Shown here: positions 48,259-61,522 of the stretch, in pieces
Layout: the number at the start of each line of letters is the position of its first letter
Numbering within the stretch: the first letter of the stretch is position 1
NCBI RefSeq assembly: GCF_000143415.4
Contig: NW_003314275.1
Location: 496,001-560,000 of the forward strand
Length of the DNA: 64,000 bases
Source: Selaginella moellendorffii
Lineage: Eukaryota; Plantae; Lycopodiophyta
Direction: 5' to 3'
Program-made: the position numbers and the translations under genes
Notes under the pieces: model-generated
The model's database searches: none
What the model was told of the DNA's origin: nothing
What the model saw: the letters and a program-made list of their open reading frames with translations, nothing else

Positions 48259-51200
48259 TTTAATGATCCAGCAGGTATTGGACCAATTCCAACATACTAT
48301 GCTAGAGGAGCTACCGGCAGAGTTGCCCCCCGCACGACAGATAGAACATAAGATTGAGCTAGTTGAGGGTGCTAAGGCGGTGGTTCATCCCCCCTATCAT
48401 TTGCATAAAAAGGAACTCGAGGAGCTTAAGTGCCAACTAAAAGAGTTGATGGACAAAGGGTATATTAGATTGAGCAAGTTGTTGTATAGGGCGCTAGTGT
48501 TATTTGTGAAAAAGAAAGATGGATCTATACGTCTGTGCATAGACTACTAGTTGCTCAACAAGTATATAAAAAAGAACAAGTACCCTTTGCCAACGATTGA
48601 GAACCTATTCGATACGCTGGGAAAGGCAAAATACCTCTCAAGAATTGACCTAAGGTCAGGATACTACCAGATCAGGGTAGTAGAGGAAGATGTCAAGAAG
48701 ACAACCTATCGGACAAAGTATGGGAGGTTTGAGTTTCTGGTGATGCCCTTTGGGCTGTGCAATGTAACGGCAAGATTTTTGGTGTTGATGAACCACATCT
48801 TGTACGCTATCTAGATCACTTTGTGGTTGTCTATTTTAATGACATCCTAATATATAAAGAGACACTAGAGGAGCATGCCGAACATTTGATGAAGGTGTTT
48901 GAGAAACTAAAGGAACACAAGTTGTATGCTAAAGAGAGCAAATGTGACTTTGCTCAACAAAAGATAAAGTTTCTCGGGCATATGGTGGGCAAGGATGGGC
49001 TCAAGGTGGACCCTGAGAAGGTCTAAGCGATCCAGGAATGGGAGCGACCATCGAATATACATGAGTTGAGGGCGTTCCTGGGGCTATGCAACTACTACTA
49101 CAAGTTTATCAAACACTATTCGAGAGTAGCTCTACCCTTAATGGACCAAACAGGTAAAGGAAAGATGGTATGGACAACAGAATGCAAGGTGGCTAAACCC
49201 TAAACCGGTCCACCTCAAAAGGAAGTTGAGGAAGACTCCCATGTTGGTGTTACCAGACTTTGGTAAGGACTTTGAGGTAGAAATGGATGCTTCAGACTTT
49301 GTGTTGGGTGCAACTTTGAAGCAAGACAACCATCCAGTGGTGTTCTTCTCAAAGAAGTTGGACAAGGCTCAGCGAGAGTGGCCTGCCCACAAAAAGGAAT
49401 TGTTTGCGATGGTCAAGGCACTCAAGGAGTGGCAACACTACCTTGGGAGACACTTCAAAGTTTACATGGATAATATGGCAACAAAACACTTCTTGTTAGA
49501 ACCTGATCTGAGAGGGAAACAGGGTCAGTGGGCCAATGCTATGGCCAAGTTCAATTGCAAGATTTTGTATAAACTTGGGAAGAGCAACATTGTGGCGAAT
49601 GCTCTAAGTCGAAAAGCAAGCTTGAAGTTGGTGATATCTAGCACGACAGTAACCTTTTGGGATAATATGCAGACAACATATAAAAATGATAGTGTAGCAC
49701 AAGAAGTGTTGCTAAGGAATCAAGAGGCGTGGGATGCTCACCAGAGAGGTGAGCTACCAACAGAAGAGAAAATAAGTTATACAAAACCCAATAGACTCAT
49801 CTATTATAAGCAAATGAGGGTGTATGTTCCAGAAAGGGAACTAAGGAAAGTAGCCTTAGAAGAGTGTCATGATGGACCTCTTGTGGGACATGGCGGAGTG
49901 CCTAAGACGATGGGTTTACTCAAGAGGAAGTATCACTGGAATAGGCTTAACAAAGGCAAACCAAATACACAAACCAGAAGTGTCGGGATGTAGAGTTTAG
50001 ATCTGGGGAGAAGGTGTAGCTGAACACCAAGAACCTAAACCTACCAAGTGGGATCAGCCGAAAGTTGATCCAAAGGTAAAAATGCATGTATTCCTGGAAA
50101 TGAATAGATCTTTAAGTAGGTTTGCGGGGCCTTACAAGATTGAAATACGAATTTGTAAAGTGGCTTACCGCCTCCAACTTCCTTAAGAGATGGGGAAGAT
50201 GCACTCAGTGTTCCATGTGAACTTACTCAAGTTATACTTTGAGGATCCACTTCGCAAGGACCAAGTAAAACCTTTACCTAAGGTTATCCAAGGCAAAAAG
50301 GAATATGAAGTTGAGGCCATCCTCAATGCACGCAAGAGCAAGTGACAAGGACGCGAGGTGAAGGGGTTCCATGTGAAGTGGAAAGAATTTAATAATAGGT
50401 TTGAGCGGAATAAAGATATTCTCGTCATTTCCACATTGCAAAGCAACATGGGAACTGAAGGAGAATCTAGCGAACGCGCAAGATCTAGTGGAGGAATTTC
50501 TACAAAACAGAACTCTATGTACTTATGCAAAGTTTAATTAAAGTATCAATTTGTGAAGTTGAGCAATGACATATATTGGGACCCGAAGGTGCACCGAAGG
50601 TAAGCTAATTAGCATGGGTTAACTAGGTCGACCAAGCGTACGAAACTATGCCCAACTCTCCGTAGGGATGTCAAATCCACAGATGTATTCTACAGAGGTT
50701 GTGTTCGAGTCCCAACCCTCTAGTATAGCAAGGCTAGGTTCAAGTCCCAACCCATATTAGGGTGTAGTGAGGGGAGGGGTATAGGGACACCTATATTCCA
50801 TTGTCATGGGCTCTTGGCTAGGGAGGCTAACTTAGACACACCACTAAGTGAAGGGATGCCCTTGGAGACATGGTCAACAAGTCGTAGGATTAAAACGAGG
50901 TGTTCAATTTGGGTATTGAACTTCTTTTATGGGTGGTGGAGCTGTAAGAAACCAAACTCCCCAAGGTGTCAAAGGCTAAAGGATCCCTAAAAGTATGACC
51001 AAAATGGTAAACACTTTATCGGATGAGACCGAGTCCGAGATCGAGTTCGAGGCCGACTTTAAGACCGAGTTCGAAGCTGAGTCCAAGATCGAGTCCAAGA
51101 CCGACTCTGACTGAGTTCGAGACTGAGTCCGAGATCTGATATTGGGTCCAAGACCGACCCCTAGACTGAGTTCGAGACTTAATCCGAGACCGAGTTCGAG

Positions 51201-51973
51201 ACCGAGTCCGAGATCCGATATTGGGTCCGAGACCAAGTCTGAGATCGAGCTTGAAATAGAGTCTGAGGTCGGGTCTGAGATGGAGTCCGAGATCGAGTTT
51301 GAGACCGAGTCCAAAGTCGAGTCCGAGATCGAGTCCGAGACCGAATCCGAATACTAATATAGGTCATGGGGTGAAAGCCCAAAGCATGTGTCTCCCAGAG
51401 GAGGGGGGGGGGGAGCTGCAGAGGTTCCAAAAGTATAGTAGGGATAGTGAGGTCCACGAACCAGTTTTGAAGGAACTCTCCAGTGGTGCTTCCAAATTGA
51501 CTTGATGTTGAGATTGGGGTTAAGGGGCCTTGGGTGGGAGTGAGCATGGACTCGGGTGGTGCCAAAGGGGCCACCCAAGGAAGTGCTCAAGAGCAGCTCT
51601 CACTCCCAGAAGGGAAATCGACTGTGGTGCTTTTGGCTCATGTGGAGTGGTGCCCTACTTGAGTACCTTGTAATTCGGATGTTAGGAACCTAGAGGCTTG
51701 GTGTGCTTGGCTGCTTGTGCCTGCGGGGAGTGTAGCCGAACCTTAAGTTCAGTCTAACTTGGGGAGGGGGATTGAGAGAGATTTGGGAATTTGTGGATGG
51801 ATGGCTAACACTTTGTTGCTTGTGCAATGAGTAGCTAAAACTAAGTAAGACTAAGTAGGAGCTGGTACAATAGGTGGGAACCTTGACGAGCGAACTTAGC
51901 TAAGGCCAAAGTAGTGTTGATTAGATAGACAAGGTAAGTTGGCAAATTGAAAAGGTAAAATTTGTGGCTTACA
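48259..51973 (+). mobile_element. 3' half of a decayed chromovirus (element E): RT, RH, partly deleted integrase, chromodomain, 3' LTR 50943-51973
   Basis: [51 protein letters not shown]...CTTACA is preceded by GGGTGGTGGAG. Confidence 0.88.
51022..51350. repeat. CCGAG(A/T)-type hexamer array inside the E LTR
   Basis: Directly visible; same motif family as 1063-1500. Confidence 0.9.
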
Positions 51974-54900
51974 ACAATCAAGAGTCCTTACCTTGATACA
52001 TATTGGTTATGGTGGTCTTACAAATGGTGAGTTGTGGGATGGATAGCAGTGAAGCACTAAACCATTTTGTCTAGGCTTGCCATTGGAAGATTTGGGTTAC
52101 AATGCTTAATTCTTTTTCAGGGAACTTGCTATTGCTCTTTGAGTAACTTGGTGTTGGATTAGTTTTGAATTTGGTTGGAAAGAAAGTGGCATGAGCTTGT
52201 CTGTGTTATGAACAAAAGTTAGTGGTGTTAAGTGTTGTAAATCTCTTTTGGTGGGGTATGGCATTTATGTTGCATTTTGTCGAATCGAGTTGGCATTTAA
52301 TACTCACATAAACCTTTGAAGTAATAACGTGGGCATTACTTGTGGTGTTCCTCAATTGATGATCAAGTTATTGTGATTTTTATATCATATCCAAGTGATA
52401 GTGAACAATATGTTTACAAAGTTGCTTGGTTAAACAATGATCAACCCCAAAGTGGTTGATGGTGAAGCTAGTCTACTTGCACGTAGTAGCATTATAGTAA
52501 CTTTAATTGGATTCTCAATAGTGATCAACGATATGCTAAGCTTAAGTTGGTACCATGTTTCTGTGAGCGTTTGCCCATGAGGTCTTGGAAAGGGTTGTAG
52601 CATTCACTTGCTATGGCTTGTTGATTGATCTGTTAACACTTGAAGTAGATTGTTGGATAAAGAAGGTGTGTAATTGAGGCATTGGTATTATTAACACTTG
52701 TGTTAGTGGAAGTGGCATTGTTATTTCAAGTGATGAGGAATTTTCCTTACACTTTGATTTTTCTATGTTATTTTTTTTGTTAGTGTTTTGGCTTCACATT
52801 AGATCTTGAAGGTGATTGAAGAAAAGTGTTAGTGCAATGCAGATATCCAGAGATATGATCTTTGTGATCAACCTTTAAATGTTTATTTTGCATTTTGCGG
52901 ATGTCAATGTTGGATGTCGGAAAAGTGGGCTAAAATGTTTGATACTTAAGTATGTTATTGGGTTATGAGAATTTTTATTGAGGTGAACCTATGTGAAATT
53001 GTTGATAGGAGGAAGTTGATTGAGTCTTGAAAGTTTGCATTCCTAGACTAAGCGTCATTTTTTTTCTAGGATGGAAAATTTTCCACAAATTTTCTTAAAT
53101 TTTTCCAATGGCTGATCTATCGGTCATTTTGCTCGGAAACCATTCTGTTTTTGTAAGTCAGTACAAACTAGTGAAGGGGTTGAAGTTGACTTTCATTAAA
53201 TTAAACCTTAGTAGGTAGTTTGTATGATGCGACCCGAAAGGGATACTAACTTCTGGGGCTAAAAAAATTGAGGTGGATAAAATCTAAAGTTAGTATAGAA
53301 AAATGGTTGTTGCGCTTTTCTAAAAAAATGACCCTTATGCCTTTTTTCTGTAACGTTATGCTTGGTCGCAGGTTGCATGTTGCATTTCATTAGACTCTAT
53401 AACAATAGTGAGCTCTTATTGATCTTGACTTGGTCATGGTAGCCTTGCACCTTCGCTGAGGATAGTGATATCCAATTTAGTTGTTTGAAGTTGAAATGTT
53501 AATACTCGTACTATAGCTTTGTTTATGAGGAGGTTGTGTACTGATATGATTCCATCTCATGGTCTTCGCTTTAGTTTCAACTGAGTGTTGATTATGCATA
53601 ACTAGCATCTTCAAGGTATGCTCAGAGCTGTTGGCTAAACGCATTTAGTGAGCTTATTGCGCTTGAGTTGGATTCAAGTGGTCATTTAGTTTATGCTTAT
53701 CTATGAACCTTTATTTCGTATATAAGGTATTACGTTCATGTTAGACAAGTATGTGACTCGATAACATGAGTTTAGTGTTTGGGACTTGTGAAGGCAAAGT
53801 TGAAGAGTGATTGTTAGTTGCTTTGCGATTAATGATTACTTGTAGACTTTGTCAAGGATTGTTAACACTTGCTTTGCACAATGATGATTTAGCAGTGATA
53901 AACTTGCTTTACCAGATGGTGTTGCGGAGGATCGTATCGTTAAAGTTACATGGTTTTTCTATGTTGGTATGTTGACTCTACCTCTGTCGATATCATTTGG
54001 TTGCATTTAAGCTGTGGTATTGGATTTCATTAAGTCTTGGATGTAGTGATTCACTCCTTGATGGTGTGCTATCTGTAGCTGAGTATTGTTAAAGAACTGA
54101 TCTCGAATACTAAGTATAGTATTCTCAACTTTGGTTAGCTTAGTTGCTATAGAAGTTTGAGTGGTAATTCACTTTTGCTTTCTTTTAACTTTTTAATAGT
54201 GTTGATAGCATTGAAGTGATGCCATGTCATTGACATTGTTGATGTTGAGATGCAAATGAAATGAGATGTCTTTTCATATGATTAATATTAAGTTTCATTA
54301 GTCTCAATGTAAATAGTGTTAATGATTTGGCTGTAGCTTTCTGTTATTAACATTCGTGCATTTGCTATTGAGCAATTGTATTGACGTTCAAATGAACCGA
54401 GTGGCAAATTTGAGTTGTATTCTAAACGAGTTTATTTAATAGAGGTTGAGATTTATCTTTTCCTTGAAAAGTGATTCAATTATGGATTATACTAACCTTA
54501 CCAGTGAAAGAGTTAATGATTGATATTGAAGTGATTGAATCCTTGTTGAATTTAAATTGGGATATATCAATCAATAATGATTCTTCTTATTCTTGTTATG
54601 AAGTGAATTATATCTTGCTATAGATAAATTCATGGAGGATGATTTAGTGATCACTTGTTGAGCATAGCTCCATTATGCTTGGTTTTTAGATTGATGCAAA
54701 TATACTCTTAATTAACTTTGATTTAATTAACTCTAGATTTACTCATTTAGCATATTTACGGAATGCAGAGATTGTTCTAAACATAATGGTGTTCGTTCTG
54801 TGTCCAAATTTGCAATCTAAGGACATTCTATATTTAGTAAATTTCAAACTTGTCCCAAAAACTAACTCTTGATACTAAGGGAGGCTTGGGGTGAAAGCCC

Positions 54901-55059
54901 AAAGCATGTATTCCTTAGGGGGGGGGGGCGCTGTGTGGGGTTCCAAATATATAGTAGGTATAGTGGGTAGGTCGGGCATGGCTGACCAACCTGAAGCATA
55001 GTTTAGCTCCCGCTTGCGTGCTTGTCCTTGTTCTGCATTTAGCTTGGGTCTAAGCCTAA
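51974..55059 (+). mobile_element. Family-D internal region (to ~54740) joined to a partial D LTR (~54750-55059)
   Basis: Reverse complement of 27030-29340 and of D1 LTR 29850-30170. Confidence 0.85.
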
Positions 55060-55974
55060 GTTGGATTTAGACCTAAGCCGGTCACAAAACAAAGACAGGT
55101 ATGCGAGTGGGAGTTATATTATGTCTTATGTTGGTCGGCCATGCTTGATCTACCCATTATCTCTATTCTACATTTAGAACCACAACTTTTGTATGGCCAT
55201 TGGTAGCCATGCCAAAATCGACTTCTTTAGTTACTTTCTCTGGGTTTGGGCTCACTTAGTTTCACTAATATTATCTTTCATGTTCCTAAAACCACTTAAT
55301 TATTGATAAAAATCCATAATTGTGCCATGGGAGGGGCATCTTCCTCCCCACCTCCTCTTCTAACAAAGTTGCTATTTCATAGTTAAGTTATGGCTCTTTA
55401 TCCTCTTCTTGCATACTTGAGCCCCAATTAAGGTAACATATCCAACAAAGAGGTGTGACCAGCAACTTCTCCAACTTTATTTCTAAATTTATATTATATA
55501 ACAAGAGTTAAAATTAATAAAAGAAATTTTAGGCTCCCATAATAATAAAACTTTCATACACATTCTTCTATATAAAATCTTGAAAAGATGTCATATCTCA
55601 CATTTAAAATTTATTTAACAAAAAGAAGAGTTAGTGTTAAACACTATGATTTTCTAAGGTATATGGAAAATATCTTTTTTTTACTTTGTATATAAATATG
55701 AGAAGATAATAAGAAATTATTGAAAATATTGTAAAATTCTAATATCAAAACTATCTCCCAAAACTGTCAAATAAAGTAAGGCACAATTTAAGCATATACA
55801 TGGCCTGAACAACTGTATTAATTAGGATGTAATGAAACAACACAACAAGTTATAAAGCCAAAATATGGAGAAGAACAACACAGTAAAGTGTGGAATCAAA
55901 TTAGGTTATTGGTATGCCAAACAAAACAATTTGGAAATTTATTTATTTCTTTTATTTATAAATGATTAGTTGAT

Positions 55975-56268
55975 TTATTTAGAACCACGAGGAGATGAAA
56001 GCTCATTAGGAGGAGGTAAATCTTCCTCGGGAGGAGATAAAGGATCTGATGAAGGTGATGGAATTTTCCCAATATTTGGACAAAGATTAGTGTCCATATC
56101 AGGATCATCCTTGCAAATTTCATCAACACATGCAATTTTACCTTTACATTCATCATCTGAATTACATGATTCTCCACATGTTTTTAATGGTGCACTCTTT
56201 ACTATATATATTAAAAATGATACAAAAATAAGAAGTAAAATGGTAGAGTAAACACTTTTCTTGGCCAT
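55975..56268 (-). CDS. Secreted Cys-rich peptide: signal peptide, kissper-like domain and Pro/Ser/acidic tail (97 aa), copy K1
   Basis: MAKKSVYSTILLLIFVSFLIYIVKSA signal-like. CGESCNSDDECKGKIACVDEICKDDPDMDTNLC has the C-3-C-5-C-5-C-4-C-10-C spacing plus the G, DDP and T of kiwellin kissper (CNGPCRDLNDCDGQLICIKGKCNDDPQVGTHIC). Confidence 0.85.
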   Translation of the reverse strand: MAKKSVYSTILLLIFVSFLIYIVKSAPLKTCGESCNSDDECKGKIACVDEICKDDPDMDTNLCPNIGKIPSPSSDPLSPPEEDLPPPNELSSPRGSK

Positions 56269-56546
56269 GAATACTGATAAGAATTTATAGAAGAAGTAAT
56301 ACAATAGGTAGAGAAAACTACTTGATTTAAATACTCTAAAATATTAATAGAATATGAGATATTACACAATGTTTAGCTTTTGTCCTTACAAATATGATAG
56401 TTACAAAGTAATTAAAACAAAAAGACAAAAGACAGGCTTAGGGTTTAGGTTGTGGAGTCAAACTAGGTAATTGGTGTGCCAAACAATATAAAAGATGGAA
56501 ATTTATTTACTTCTTTTATTTATAAATGATTTATTGATTTATTGAT

Positions 56547-56837
56547 TTATTTAGAACCAACAGGAGATAAAAGCTCATTAGGAGGAGGTAAATCTTCCTC
56601 AGGAGGAGGTAAAAGATCTAAAGAAGGTGATTGAATTTTCCCAATATTGGACAAAGACTAGTATTCATATTGAAATCATCCTTGTAAATTCCATCAAAGC
56701 ATGCAAGTTTACCTTTACATTCACCATGTGAACTATATGATTCTCCACATTTTTTTAATGGTGCACTCTTTACTATATATTAAAACTAATACAAAAATAA
56801 GAAGTAAAATTGTAGAGTAAAGATTTTTTCTTGCCAT
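56547..56837 (-). pseudogene. Kissper-like peptide pseudogene, copy K2 (tandem with K1)
   Basis: Aligns with K1; a 2-bp loss in the (TA)n of the signal peptide gives an early stop, plus a later 1-bp loss. Confidence 0.85.
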
Positions 56838-58844
56838 AAATACAAATAAGGATACAAATGAAAAAAAGTGATACAATAGGAAGAGAAAATTACTTGACTT
56901 AGATACCACCAAAATATCAATAAAATATAATATATTCAACAATGTTTAGCTTTTGTCCTTACCAATATAATACACACAAAGTAATTAAAAACAAAAGAAC
57001 TACTAATATAATTGATATACTCCACAATTATGGTATGCCATTTATCTCCCTTTGCACTCACTCTCTTTTTGTTTGGGGTTATTCGATCTTATTGACATTC
57101 ATTAATAACAATATTTAATTGGCCCAGTAGAAAATAATTTAATTTGCACCTTAAATCCTAAACCCTAAACACACTATTCCTATTATACATTTGGAACTCG
57201 TTATGCTTGTCGTTATATATATTAGGCCTCACTCTACTATTGCATCTATTTAATTTCACTATGTTTGGGCTAAATATTTTATTTGGATTCACTACCCTTA
57301 TCTTCACTTTACAATCCATATCACTACATTGTGGGATCTAGGACTGTACATCTTTAGGGGCTTTTTATATCTTTGAGAAAGTATAGGCACCATACAAATG
57401 GAGATCAAGTGAGAGCAATGTACTTGCATTGATCTCACGATTGACTCAAATCCTTTATATCGTTAGGCACAGTCACATGGGAGAGATGAGGCTAGGGACC
57501 ATGGATAAAGCACAAAGTTCACAACCACTAAGGATTGGGAACATGCATTTGTGGAGTGAGTGGCATGAATTTGAGTTGCACAGAATTGGACTCTTGTTCC
57601 CTTGATCTAGACCACATAAAACCAGATTCTAGTTCCATTGATCCCTCATCTACTTCATCATTAGGGCTAAACTTTTATGTGTCCCCTCTACCTCCTCCAA
57701 AAAATAAGAAAAATTTTAAAGTGTAAGTGAAAAGAGCATCAAAAATGTAATTTTTAGCAGCTATCAAGGCAAAAAAAAGAGAAATAAAGAGAAAGAAATA
57801 TACTTAAAGCTTGAAGAATAAGGGAATTTTATTATAAAATACTTCAACCACCACAAGATAAGTAAGAAATTCACAATGTTCAACATGTATATGCTTAAAT
57901 TGTGCCTTACTTTATTTGACAGCTTTGGGAGATAGTTTTGATATTAGAATTTTACAATATTTTCAATAATTTCTTATTATCTTCTCATATTTATATACAA
58001 AGTAAAAAAAAGATATTTTCCATATACCTTAGAAAATCATAGTGTTTAACACTAACTCTTCTTTTTGTTAAATAAATTCTAAATGTGAGATATGACATCT
58101 TTTCAAGATTTTATATAGAAGAATGTGTATGAAAGTTTTATTATTATGGGAGCCTAAAATTTCTTTTATTAATTTTAAATCTTGTTATATAATATAAATT
58201 TAGAAATAAAGTTGGAGAAGTTGCTTGTCACACCTCTTTGTTGGATATGTTACCTTAATTGGGGCTCAAGTATGCAAGAAGAGGATAAAGAGCCATAACT
58301 TAACCATGAAATAACAACTTTGTAAAAACAGGAGATGGGGAGGAAGATGCCCCTCCCATGGCACAATTATGGATTTTTATCAAAATTAAGTGGTTTTAAG
58401 AACATGAAAGATAATATTAGTGAAACTAAGTAAGCCCAAACCCAGACAGAGTGACTGAAGAAGTAGATTTTGGCATGGCTACCAATGGCCATACAAAAGT
58501 TGTGGTTCTAAATGTATAATAGAGATAGTGGGTAGATCAAGTATGGCCGACCAACATAAAACATAATATAACTCTTGCTTGCATACTTGTCCTTGTTTTG
58601 TGACCGGCTTGGGTCTAAACCCAAGCTCAATACCATACTAACTGATGAGGTACTCATATCCATACATTAGACCACAAATTTGCTAAAATAGTGTTAAATT
58701 TCATTTATCTCTGTTTTGTATGTTGGTCAAGGCATTAAGATGTTGAATGATTTAGGACTGTTTCTATATCACTCCATAATCCTATCCTTTCCCTCCATAG
58801 GCTTTACGCTTGAGAGTCCTTTTATGCTTTGGTTCCTTCACTCC

Positions 58845-60649
58845 TGTAGTGCATGTGGCTTTTATCCTTTATCCTATGGTGATTTACCATAGGAGTGGAA
58901 CCTAAACCCTCCATATGCCATGTGTCACAAGTAAGGAAAGAATATCCAAAAGGACTACCTAACATGTAACTTTCGATACCCGAAGTCATATTCGCGACAT
59001 TCTCCCCCCCTTAGGGAAGATCTACGTCCTCGTCAATCCATACTCCAATTTAAACCACTGCCAAGGAAACAACTCTAAAAAAAGTTCACGGTGATCACAC
59101 TATGTGAGAAATGCACCAACTTAAATGAGTTAGGGTAACTTTTTTGTCTAATGCGGATGTGTTTCCAACTCATATACATTCTAGCCATCACTGACAAGGA
59201 AATGACCAATAGAGTTAGCCACCCTTACTGCTCTGTGTGTCACCCTGTTTACAAAAGTGTGATATACCCCTGTCCATAAGGATATAGGCAGAGAAGCTAG
59301 AGGCCCTAACCCTCATGAACAAAGAAACCAAACCTATCGGTAAGGTTTAGATAGACTATTGTAAACAGGTAGTTAGAGTTGTTTACACGGTCATGCCCTT
59401 TTTAATGGAATAAGGAACATCAACAGAGAGGTGGGTGATGTGACTAGTTTACAAAAGTTACCCCATAACTAAAGATTTCACCATGCAAACGAAGTGCTAA
59501 AGCCAATCTACCCATACTGGCCCAAATTCAAAGATCAATAGATGGAGAATATCAAAGTCATAGACAATGATATCTTAGAGACTTCGAGACTTCGAGACTT
59601 AATTATCAATGAATAAATCTTAGATTAGAATACAAAAGTATTCCAAGTAAGTTATTATCCGATAAACAAGTATTAGGGTATAGAAACCACCAAGATCAGC
59701 ATAGTTGGGAAACATAGGATTTACTATCCAACAAAATTCAATAGCTAGTGCATCATCAAGGAAACTCAATGATAAAATGTAATTATCATAGATTGTAGAT
59801 AACATGTAAAACAACTTACAAAAGATAACTCAAAGAACATCAAGTATCATCAATATGACAAACAAAATACTCACAAATGTATTGCCTANNNNNNNNNNNN
59901 NNNNNNNNNNNNNNNNNNNNNNNNNNNNNNNNNNNNNNNNNNNNNNNNNNNNNNNNNNNNNNNNNNNNNNNNNNNNNNNNNNNNNNNNNNNNNNNNNNNN
60001 NNNNNNNNNNNNNNNNNNNNNNNNNNNNNNNNNNNNNNNNNNNNNNNNNNNNNNNNNNNNNNNNNNNNNNNNNNNNNNNNNNNNNNNNNNNNNNNNNNNN
60101 NNNNNNNNNNNNNNNNNNNNNNNNNNNNNNNNNNNNNNNNNNNNNNNNNNNNNNNNNNNNNNNTATATTTGCATCAATCCAAAAACCAAGCATAATGGAG
60201 CTATGCTCAACAAGTGATCACTAAATTATCCTCCATAAATTCATCTATAGAAAGACATAATTCACTTCATAACAAGCATAAGAAGAATCATTAATGATTG
60301 ATATATCCCAACTCAAATTCAAGAAGGATTCAATCACTTCAATATCAATCACTAACTTTTTCACTGGTAAGGTTAGTATAGTCCACGATTGAATCACTTT
60401 TTAAGGAAAAGCCAAATCTCAACCTCTACTAAATAAACTCGTTTAAAACACAACTAACTCAAATTTGCCACTTGGTTCATTTGAACATCAATACAGTTGC
60501 TAACTAGCAAATGCACGAATGCTAATAACAGAAAGCTACAGCTAAATCATTAACACTATCTACATCGAGACTAATGAAACTCAATATTAATCCTATGAAG
60601 AGACATTTCATTTCACTTGCATCTAACCATCAACAATGTCAATGACAGG
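58845..60649 (-). mobile_element. Family-D 3' end: internally deleted 155-bp LTR (58845-58999), PPT and internal region
   Basis: TGTAGTGCATG...TTCGCGACA followed by TTCTCCCCCCCTT (PPT on the minus strand). Confidence 0.85.
59889..60163. other. Assembly gap (275 N)
   Basis: Run of N. Confidence 1.
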
Positions 60650-61522
60650 AAGGCCATACCCAGTGTTGGGTGATGAGCTGACCACTAGGAAGTCCAAGAC
60701 TACAGTGAATATGGACTGACAAATAAGGTAGCTTGGTGAAGTGTTGAAGAGCTGGCTTTAGTTCCCCTAGGAAATCAAATAGTCAATGCTCCCAATCCAA
60801 GTGTGGGTGGCACTACCTACTTGGATACCTAGTGTGGCTCAACGGAACCTCACTCTAAGCCCATGGCTATAGCACCCAAAGGTGGAAGGTAGGGAGAGTA
60901 CTTATGAGGTTCGCATAGGGCCACGGTGTTCCAAAATGTTATCCCAAAGGCCCAGACTGTGGAAAGAAAGAAGAGTAGTCCTCTAGTGTAGTGATTAAGG
61001 ATACAGTCGTGTGGTGAGGAAGTTCTAGAGGACCGTGGGGCTTAGTGGTCAGGCCTGTGAGCCTTGATCCAGTGGCAATGTTGGCAAACACGGCCATGGG
61101 TGAAAGCGATTTGGTGGGGACCAGAAAAGGGATATTGGGGAAAGCTATTCCCTATATCTGCAGGCATCCTAAGGATGCTAAGGAGTGGATTTGGGATGAT
61201 CACTCATGGATGGATGGCCCAGTCTTTGAGAGATGGGATGGTGATGTAAATGGTGTTAGACCACCGGTGTGACCAAGGTGAATGGGCATGGCCTTAGCGT
61301 AACGAGCTGATGTGTTAATGGTACCTTAGGGTGTCGGTCATGGGATCGGACACGTGGAGCACTTGGACCAAGTGCAATGGTTGAGTGGCATAGATGCCAT
61401 TCTTGGGGCTAGCAAGTCCCTAAGTCCAAAATAGGACTTACGGAGGTTGTAGTGAGACTCCTCCAAGTGGTCGGAGGCGTGGTTAAGTGACTAAAGTAAA
61501 ATGGAAAATTTTGTCACTTACA
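60646..61522 (+). mobile_element. 3' half of a family-F LTR
   Basis: Aligns with 1603-2468 and ends at the same CTTACA. Confidence 0.85.

Larger units (their letters stand above)
55061..58624. repeat. ~740-bp inverted repeat (55061-55802 / 57884-58624) enclosing the kissper-like gene pair
   Basis: The arms are reverse complements along their length, e.g. ...aagcatatacatg vs catgtatatgctt... Confidence 0.93.

Noticed and set aside
57200-57880. Possible gene fragment upstream of K2
   Set aside because: No recognisable ORF or motif.
55061-58624. Pack-MULE or foldback transposon carrying the kissper genes
   Set aside because: No TSD, and the right arm continues seamlessly into D-LTR sequence, so an inverted duplication fits better.
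59830-60224. ORFs spanning X residues
   Set aside because: Caused by the N gap.
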